This document shows positions 55,605-64,000 of a DNA stretch of 64,000 nucleotides, in pieces. The notes beneath the pieces are model-generated. The model was not told where the DNA came from and made no database searches. It was given only the letters and a program-made list of their open reading frames with translations. This stretch comes from Anthoceros angustus (Eukaryota > Plantae > Anthocerotophyta). Position 1 is the stretch's first letter, and every line of letters starts with the position of its first letter. The stretch is taken from assembly GCA_010909165.1 (NCBI GenBank), contig VJWM01000025.1, positions 1,302,001-1,366,000 on the forward strand, given 5' to 3'. The translations under genes were made by a program, and so were the position numbers.

Positions 55605-55939
55605 CTTCAACAATGGCGGCTTCCTTCGTTGCTTTCCTCCATTCTTCTATTCTTTGCTTTCATCCAAGCTTCTCTCCTTACTAATTCCTTCCTTCCATTC
55701 TTTGCTTTGTCAAAGCTTCAGACTCTTGAAGTTACATGGAATGCGCAATGTATGTACAGGGGAGGCCAGAGCTCCAGCACGCGCTCAGTGAGCTGTGGTA
55801 CGAGTCTGCTCAGCTGCTGACCTATTCAAGATGCTATCGTGAGAAACACAGCCTCCTCCCAGGTACTTGCGGAGTCTCTTGGACCATGGTCTGGCTTTGG
55901 CAAGCTTTCTTGCCTCTACTGCCGACTTCACGTCTTCAT

Positions 55940-56230
55940 ACCTCTTCTCCTGCTCCTTCTTCTCTTTCTCCTGCTTCGCCTTCTCCTGTTCCCTCTTCTC
56001 CTGCTCCCTCTTCACCTGCTCCTTCTCTTTTTCCTGCTTCTCCTTCTTCTCCTGCTCTTGCTCGTCTTCGTTCTGCTCCTGCTCTTGCTCTTCTTCCTTC
56101 TTCCCCTGATCTTGTTCTTCTTCCTTCTTCTCTCGCTCTTGCCCTTCTGCCTTCTTCCCCTGCTCTTCTTCCTTCTTCTCCCGCTCTTGCTCTTTCTCCT
56201 TCTCCCTGGTCTCCTTCTCCTGCAGCTTGG
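55940..56230. repeat. Pyrimidine-rich low-complexity tract
   Basis: Degenerate tcttctcctgctcct / cttgctcttcttcct units; stop-free in several frames. Confidence 0.85.
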
Positions 56231-57596
56231 GGTGTCATTGCACGACAAGAGACACAGGAGGCTAAGGGCTGGACCCGCAATCAAGGCCCGTACAATGTCT
56301 TACCCTCGGCCTTGATCCTGGGTTCGATGCTCCAGTCAGACCGTCAAGCTCCTTCTGGTGTCCCTTCTCAGGCCTCTCAGCCCTCAAGATGTCAGAAGCA
56401 AGCGGGGCATTCTCTTGCTGCGGCAATTTGCCCAATTCCTGTGGAGTCGGCACGGGCTCATCCGTAGGGCTGAGGGCCAGGTTGGCGTCCTCACGGGCTG
56501 CTCCCGGGGAGCCTGCCTCGCCGTCCACGTGGGCGGGCGAAGGCGAAGAGAGCAGCAGCTCCCGGCTCTGACCCACCAGCAACAGGCACAATGTGATCCA
56601 TCAACGAGGTATATGCATTTGCTCTGAAATGTATGCATGAAGAGTGCATACAGTGACTTGACTCTGAAGCTGAAATGTCTCGGAATCTGATATGCATGCA
56701 GCAGTGCATACAGTGACCTGACTCGCTCACAGACAAGACTGTACGGGCGGGGCAGAACTGAGCTCACCGAGAAGAGAGTGCGGGACACCAAGGACACCCT
56801 TTGTTCCAGCAACGACACTCGCTCCAACACCGTTCCCTTCTCTTCCACCTCCCGCCGGCGGAGGGCGTGCGGGAGCTTCCGAGAGCAGCACTGGCGGATT
56901 GAAGCGGGAGAGAAGGCAGCAGCGCCACCGTTCCCTTCTCTTCCACCTCCTCCAAGGCGGATCTGGCAGGCCTGCACCGACGCTCCAGACTGCCCGGGGT
57001 GGAAGGCTCCGACCACCTGGTCTCTCCTGTCACGTGTGAACTGGGACTGTTCAGCGGCAGGGGTTGCCCGTCCTCCCAAGCTGCCACCTTCGTTACAAGG
57101 AACCTGGAGTCAGTCCATCCCCATGCTTACATCTGCTCCTGCTCCTGTTCCTGCTCAGGAATTGAAAGGAATTCCTGAGTCCATGAATGCCATCCACCGG
57201 ACGGAGGGCAGAATCCAGTACCTGATGCTCCAGTCGCTCCAGTCTGAGTAGTAGTGGCGTCCCGGGCGGGTCCGGCGTGCCCGTCTCCATGCCCATCCCT
57301 GCTAGCTAGCTGTGCTCTCTCACGTAGACTGTGGCGATCGCATTTCCAAGGACGGCCCTGTGACCAAGTTGTGTGATCGTCGGACTGAGTTGAGCTGCTT
57401 CCATTCAGCTCTCCGTCTGGCGCTAGATGCCAGGCCACTCCATGCTCGCCACCTCCTCCTCCTTGCCACGTTGTGGAAATTGCATGCGGCGGAATCGGGA
57501 CTCGCCGTGACAACGCCACAATTAACCATCTTAAATAGCAAGCCATTTACTAAGTGACTTTGACGATTTGTCTCGTATTCTATTGCTGTGCATTGG

Positions 57597-57940
57597 CTTG
57601 ATCCTCTTGCATTGCATTGCATTGCTTTTGCTAGGTTGAGGATCCATTATCAACTTATTCTTTCTAATATTGCCCAGGGTAACCCAGTACATACCATCAC
57701 AGATTTGGGCATTTTCAAAGAAGCCCTCAAGAAGCAATTCTAACCTGCGAATGCTTCACGCTTGAGTAGACAGCAGCTTGACAATATCAAACAACATGCA
57801 CTATACGAGAATATGTAAGTACTTTCAGTGAAGATGTCATGTATTCTTCAACTATGTATAAAGATGATAAGCTGCACCGCTTCAAGGAACATGTACTATA
57901 CGAGAATATGTAAGTACTTTCGGTGAAGATGTCATGCATT
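57597..57940 (+). mobile_element. Second copy of a Ty3/gypsy gag fragment
   Basis: Nearly identical to 60424-60770 (ITDLGIFKEALKKQF*PANASR..). Confidence 0.75.
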
Positions 57941-58163
57941 CTTCAGAGAGCAGCAGCTCCCGGCTCTGACCCACCAGCAACAGGCACAATGTGATCCATC
58001 AACGAGGTATATGCATTTGCTCTGAAATGTCTCGGAATCTGATATGCATGCAGCAGCCCTAACGTACGATCTGGTGCGGTTGCACTTGCTTGCACGTCTC
58101 TGTGAGCGCTTCTCATCACCTACCTACATGACCCTCTGTCTGTCGCTTTGCAAGGAAGGCGCA

Positions 58164-58283
58164 GCAATGGTAATGCAAGGAAGGCGCAGCAATGGTAATG
58201 CAAGGAAGGCGCAGCAATGGTAATGCAAGGAAGGCGCAGCAATGGTAATGCAAGGAAGGCGCAGCAATGGTAATGCAAGGAAG
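58164..58283. repeat. 25-bp perfect tandem repeat x5 (duplicate of 55485..55604)
   Basis: Same unit and same upstream flank as at 55361-55484. Confidence 0.93.
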
Positions 58284-58529
58284 CTTCAACAATGGCGGCT
58301 TCCTTCTTCTCTCGCTCTTGCTCTTCTTCCTTCTTCTCTCGCTCTTGCTCTTCTTCCTTCTTCTCTCGCTCTTGCTCTTCTTCCTTCTTCTCCTGCTCCT
58401 GTTCCTGCTCAGGAATTGAAAGGAATTCCTGAGTCCATGAATGCCATCCACCGGACGGAGGCAGAATCCAGTACCTGATGCTCCAGTCGCTCCAGTCGCT
58501 CCAGTCGCTCCAGTCGCTCCAGTCAGACC

Positions 58530-58920
58530 GTCAAGCTCCTTCTTCCCCTGCTCTTGCTCGTCTTCGTTCTGCTCCTGCTCTTGCTCTTCTTCCTTCTTCT
58601 CCCGCTCTTGCTCGTCTTCGTTCTGCTCCTTCTCCTGCTCCTTCTTCTCCTTCTCCTGCTTCTCCTTCTCCTGCTCCTTCTTCTCCTGCTCCTTCTTCCC
58701 CTGCTCTTGCTCTTCTTCCTTCTTCTCCTTCTTCTCCTGCTCTTGCTCGTCTTCGTTCTGCTCCTGCTCTTGCTCTTCTTCCTTCTTCCCCTGATCTTGT
58801 TCTTCTTCCTTCTTCTCTCGCTCTTGCCCTTCTGCCTTCTTCCCCTGCTCTTGCTCTTCTTCCTTCTTCTCCCGCTCTTGCTCTTTCTCCTTCTCCCTGG
58901 TCTCCTTCTCCTGCAGCTTG
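58530..58920. repeat. Pyrimidine-rich low-complexity tract, expanded copy of 55940..56230
   Basis: Same units, followed by the same gcagcttggggtgtcattgcacgacaagagacac flank. Confidence 0.85.
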
Positions 58921-60144
58921 GGGTGTCATTGCACGACAAGAGACACAGGAGGCTAAGGGCTGGACCCGCAATCAAGGCCCGTACAATGTCTTACCACTCA
59001 GCCAAGGGCTATGTTAAAATCTCAAAGCCCATTCTTTTATAAATGATTCCGAGTAGCTCTTGTTTTCCTTGAAGGCTTGAAAGGGCCTTTGCTTGTACAT
59101 ATGTTTTGAGCAATGCGAAATAACCACTGAACAAAGAAATATGTGGTTCGAACATGTCCTCCTTGCTGCATTTCAAATCTACAAAGCTCTTGCACCTTTG
59201 GTGATTTTGGGTCTTGCCATTAGAGCAATCTAGATCCTGCAGGACACCAAGGACACCCTTTGTTCCAGCAACGACACTCGCTCCAACACCGTTCCCTTCT
59301 CTTCCACCTCCTCCAAGGCGGATCTGGCAGGCCTGCACCGACGCTCCAGACTGCCCGGGGTGGAAGGCTCCGTCCTGGTCTCTCCTGTCACGTGTGAACT
59401 GGGACTGTTCAGCGGCAGGGGTTGCCGTCCTCCCAAGCTGCCACCTTCGTTACAAGGAACCTGGAGTCAGTCCATCCCCATGCTTACATCTGCTCCTGCT
59501 CCTGTTCCTGCTCAGGGTGAAAGGAATTCCTGAGTCCATGAATGCCATCCACCGGACGGAGGCAGAATCCAGTACCTGATGCTCCAGTCGCTCCAGTCTG
59601 AGTAGTAGTGGCGTCCCGGGCGGGTCCGGCGTGCCCGTCTCCATGCCATCCCTGCTAGCTAGCTGTGCTCTCTCACGTAGACTGTGGCGATCGCATTTCA
59701 AATCTACAAAGCTCTTGCACCTTTGGTGATTTTGGGTCTTGCCATTAGAGCAATCTAGATCCTGCAGGACATTTTTTCTACTTCGAGCCTTCTATAAATT
59801 ACTGCCGCTGCCGTACGACTGATTGGTTGCCGTCCGACTGATTGGTTTAACCTGGAAATGGCCTCAGGAGTAGTTTCGTCCTGTCGGGAAAGGAGATATC
59901 TGCTGAAAGCATGCATGAAATGATTCTGTGCCATTCCAATCTTCATCAGTGTCAGCTTCTGTCTCGAGAAGGGAAGCTTGGACAAGCCGAGCCTACCTCA
60001 ATTCATCACGAGGAATTCATGGGTGGGCAAAACTATCAGCATCTCCGGAATCTTGATTACCATCTCATACAGCGTGTCAAACGCCTCCATTAATTTGTAG
60101 CCCCAAAAGCCTGAATGTGATAACGAGATTCTCGAAACTCTTCT

Positions 60145-60425
60145 GCACGTCTGAGGAGGACTCAAATGTGGGAGAGCTAGTTGTTTGAAATCCAGTAAGC
60201 CCTGACTTCCTCCACTGATCAAGCTGAAAATTCCCCCTGGTCACAACCGTCACCTGGGTCTCATTGACTCTGCAACAATTCCCGAATCCAAGCTGGAAGT
60301 TGCCCTGGTTGTTGACTCTGAATCCGACGAGATGCCGTAAGCTTGCATCTCAATTATCCTCTGATCACTGTGGGTAACATCAGCCTTGTTGTAAAACTCC
60401 TCAGCCTTCAGCTTGGATCCCTTGA
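60145..60425 (-). pseudogene. Duplicated 3' end of the adjacent WAK-like kinase gene
   Basis: RIKGSKLKAEEFYNKADVTHSDQRIIEMQAYGISSDSESTTRATSSLDSGIVAESMRPR* is identical to the end of 62926..63171. Confidence 0.9.
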
Positions 60426-60429
60426 TCCT

Positions 60430-62170
60430 CTTGCATTGCATTGCATTGCTTTTGCTAGGTTGAGGATCCATTATCAACTTATTCTTTCTAATATTGCCCA
60501 GGGTAACCCAGTACATACCATCACAGATTTGGGCATTTTCAAAGAAGCCCTCAAGAAGCAATTCTAACCTGCGAATGCTTCACGCTTGAGTAGACAGCAG
60601 CTTGACAATATCAAACAACATGCACTATACGAGAATATGTAAGTACTTTCAGTGAAGATGTCATGTATTCTTCAACTATGTATAAAGATGATAAGCTGCA
60701 CCGCTTCAAGGAACATGTACTATACGAGAATATGTAAGTACTTTCAGTGAAGATGTCATGCATTCTTCAATTATGAATGAAGATGATAAGCTACACCGCT
60801 TCATGGCTGGTTTGAAAGTTTGGGCTGCTAACAGAATTGAGTTATATTGTCCAAATAAGTTGGCAGAGGCTGGTTTGAAAGTTTGGCTGCTAACAGAATT
60901 GAGTTGTATTGTCCAACTAAGTTGGCAGAGGCTGGTTTGAAAGTTTGGGCTGCTAACAGAATTGAGTTATATTGTCCAACTAAGTTGGCGGAATTTGAAA
61001 GTTGGGCTACTTGAATTGAGTTGTATTGTCCAACTAAGTTGGCAGAGGCTGGTTTGGAAGTTTGGGCTGCTAACAGAATTGAGTTATATTGTCCAACTAA
61101 ATTGACAGAGGCTGGTTTGAAAGTTTGGGCTGCTAACAGAATTGAGTTGTATTGTCCAACTAAGTTGGCAGAGGCTGGTTTGGAAGTTTGGGCTGCTAAC
61201 AGAATTGAGTTGTATTGTCCAACTAAGTTGGCAGAGGCTAGTTTGAAAGTTTGGGCTGCTAACAGAATTGAGTTGTATTGTCCAACCAAGTTGGCAGAGG
61301 CCATCACAGCAGTGGATGCCATTCTAGACACGTTTTATTCTAGTACATCCAACTCCTTCAGAAGATTTCGAGGCAATATCCGTGGTCGGTATGCCCAGAC
61401 TAGAGGAAGTTCTAGTAGTGTCGGTAGAGGAGTTGCCAAGGACACTAGCGGAAATAGAATTGCAAGAGGCAATTTAAGATAAAATTTCTGCAGAAGAAAT
61501 CGAGGAGCGCACAGAGGTCCGGAGCTCATAAAACAGTCACGAAGAGTTCTCGAAAAGGAGTTTGCTACTCTTGTGGAGAGCTGGGACATTATAGAAACTG
61601 ACTACTAAACAGACTCTCAATGTAGCACAAGGAGATCCACAACCCCGAAGACTCAAGATCACGCAAGTGGCAGGATCCGAAGATCCCAAGTGATGGGGTT
61701 GGCCACATGTTGTGAAGGCTGCATGTGGTGAGTCTCACAATATTGAGGACAATACTATTCAGAGGGCAGGTGGAGAGCTCATGTACATACATGGATGTTT
61801 AAATGGAGCAGAAGTGAGGATGTTGCTTGACTTAGTAGCAACGCATAATTTCATTTCCCTTAGCAAGGCAAACAAGCTTGGTTTGACATGGGCTAGCACA
61901 TCTGAGCCATGTAGAGTGAAACAAGCTAAAGAAATGCTGCAATACATAAGTGAATTTAAGTGAATTGCAAGAAGTGTCTTTGTAGATAGGGAATGCTTAA
62001 TGAGTTGTCTCCTTTACCTCCTAGAAGAATTGTAGATCATTTGATTGATTTGAAGCCAAGAAGTACACCGCCTGCAAGAGGACCATACAAACCATACAAA
62101 TTATCGCAAGATGAGCTGCAAAAGCTAAAGAGACATGTCTTACCACTCAGCCAAGGGCTATGTTAAAATC
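60430..62170 (+). mobile_element. Ty3/gypsy LTR retrotransposon relic (gag, aspartic protease, start of RT)
   Basis: FKEALKKQF*PANA..DKLHRFMAGLKVWA..KLAEAITAVDAILD (gag), GAEVRMLLDLVATHNFIS (protease), HLIDLKPRSTPPARGPYK..SQDELQKLK (RT N-terminus). Confidence 0.85.
60800..61300. repeat. 63-bp tandem repeat x8 inside gypsy gag
   Basis: Unit encodes (E/M)AGLKVWAANRIELYCPTKLA; aattgagtt recurs about every 63 bp, and one unit near 60990-61045 is shortened. Confidence 0.92.
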
Positions 62171-62925
62171 TCAAAGCCCATTCTTTTATAAATGATTCCG
62201 AGTAGCTCTTGTTTTCCTTGAAGGCTTGAAAGGGCCTTTGCTTGTACATATGTTTTGAGCAATGCGAAATAACCACTGAACAAAGAAATATGTGGTTCGA
62301 ACATGTCCTCCCTTGCTGCATTTCAAATCTACAAAGCTCTTGCACCTTTGGTGATTTTGGGTCTTGCCATTAGAGCAATCTAGATCCTGCAGGACATTTT
62401 TTCTACTTCGAGCCTTCTATAAATTACTGCCGCTGCCGTACGACTGATTGGTTGCCGTCCGACTGATTGGTTTACCCGCAGTACGATGCTCTTGTTCTGC
62501 GTGAAGTTGAATTCTGAAATAGAATGAGAACGAGTCCTTCATCAGGCAACCACACTCACTGTAACTGTAACAGCACAGGAGCAACAACTTGAGCTTGTTG
62601 CGAGGAAAAATCAGAATCCAGAATCTAGGTGCACGTACCAATCATAGAGAGGTTGACCAAAGGTCCCGGCAAGATGTTCTCGTAGAAGTTGGCATCTGTC
62701 TGACGCTGCCATGGAATTGTTATCATCAAGGGCGCCGGCGGTGTCCTGGGCTGGCGTCCCTTGTTGCGAATCAGGACCCGGAGGCTGGGATCCGGGCAGC
62801 ATCAGGAGGAGGACTCAAATGTGGAGAGCTAGTTGTTTGAAATCCAGTAGCATGCCCCTTCAAAATGCCACTGATGGCAGCCGAGGCTTGACCAGACTTC
62901 CCGAAATTTCCACTGGTCACAACCG

Positions 62926-64000
62926 TCACCTGGGTCTCATTGACTCTGCAACAATTCCCGAATCCAAGCTGGAAGTTGCCCTGGTTGTTGACTCTGAATC
63001 CGACGAGATGCCGTAAGCTTGCATCTCAATTATCCTCTGATCACTGTGGGTAACATCAGCCTTGTTGTAAAACTCCTCAGCCTTCAGCTTGGATCCCTTG
63101 ATCCTTTGCAGCATTTCCACGACTTCACTCATGGACGGTCTTGAGGCTCTTGACGACACCACGCATGCCACCGCAACCTGCCACCAGAAACGGTTAGTCC
63201 CCGTTCTGCTCTGAGCTTACCTGAAGGGCTCCTTACAGCTGTAATGACGAAGTGACTCACCTGTGCAACAGCCTCGACTGCGTGGAACTCCTCTCGTGAG
63301 AGAGAGGACAACATACACGACTCAATGATTTCACGGACCCTCCCACTCCTGATGACGGGGATCGAGCACAGAGCAAGGTTCTGCTCCCCAGCAGGATTTG
63401 AAAGGTCAATCGGCTTCTTGGACGTGATCAACTCCAGTAGCACAACCCCAAAGCTGTACACATCTGTTTTGTCGGTGAGCTGGAAGTTGTGGAAATATTC
63501 CGGATCCAGATAGCCAGGAGTTCCCTTCACAAGTGTGGACACATGTGTGGCTTCCAAATCCACCAGCTTAGAAAGCCCAAAGTCCGCAACTTTGCCATTG
63601 AAATGCTCGTCCAGTAGGATATTGGCAGACTTCACATCACGATGGAAGATTGGTGGTGTTGCCTGAACATGCAAGTACTTGAGTGCCTCAGCTGTTTGAA
63701 GAGCAATCCTGAACCTTGTGTTCCAATCGAGCATGGTGTTGAAGCCCTTCTGTGCTATGGATAGGTGATCCTGCAAAGTCCCATTGGGTATGAATTCATA
63801 CACCAGAAGCGGAACGTCCACCTCGATGCAGCAACCCAGAAGCTTGACAAGATTCCTGTTGTTCACTTGAGAGAGGATGGCCACCTCGTTTACGAAGGAC
63901 TCCACATCACTGGCATGCTTTGCCATTTTAATGGCCACGGTTGTGCCATCATCCAGAGTCCCTTTATACACTGTGCCAAACCCTCCTCTCCCAACCTCGT
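62926..64000 (-). CDS. WAK-like receptor kinase, kinase domain and C-terminus (5' part outside the window)
   Basis: VGRGGFGTVYKG, NLVKLLGCCIEVDVPLLVYEFIPNGTL, HRDVKSANILLD, DFGLSK and GTPGYLDPEY; intron of about 80 nt near 63180-63260. Confidence 0.93.

Noticed and set aside
56980-57050. LPGVEGSDHLVSPVTCEL resembling the AP-endonuclease GSDH motif
   Set aside because: Single short motif with no other endonuclease signatures, and absent from the duplicate at 59350.
55785-59042. Leu-rich, Arg/Lys-rich and Glu/Gly-rich ORFs in multiple frames
   Set aside because: Products of a pyrimidine-rich low-complexity tract that lacks stop codons in most frames.
55485-61300. 25-bp and 63-bp arrays as CRISPR-like arrays
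   Set aside because: Head-to-tail repeats with no unique spacers, no cas genes, and a eukaryotic context.

Overview
Compact, intron-containing (GT-AG, mostly 80-100 nt) land-plant nuclear DNA. It is inferred to come from a seed-free plant with U-to-C organellar RNA editing, most plausibly a hornwort, because of the DYW:KP PPR genes, tiny introns and high gene density. The first 51 kb hold seven PPR genes. Three are PLS genes with DYW:KP domains (C-termini DHL, DRH and GRQ), two are PLS genes with a WW-type PG box and a truncated DYW domain, one is a frameshifted PLS gene running off the left edge, and one is P-class. Three of the PLS genes carry a complete N-terminal OSB-type 'PDF' single-stranded-DNA-binding motif and two carry half-motif remnants; this fusion is the main finding. 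Interspersed housekeeping genes: KDPG/KHG aldolase, TMEM230, NO66/RIOX1-like JmjC, SCCPDH-like, NOP9/APUM23, cytochrome c6A, UBL5, NAA30, KGD4/MRPS36-like, zf-DNL, METTL13-like, an O-fucosyltransferase and a partial WAK-like kinase. Accessory regions: an AT-rich relic island (31.4-35.9 kb), an RLE-type LINE fragment inside a short repeat array (39 kb), a mosaic of gene fragments followed by a 78-bp AT-only palindrome (45-48.2 kb), and a 7.5-kb patchwork of local duplications with a Ty3/gypsy relic whose gag segment is amplified about 8 times (55.3-62.9 kb). All identifications come from manual motif recognition; no database searches were run, and splice models and some boundaries are approximate.
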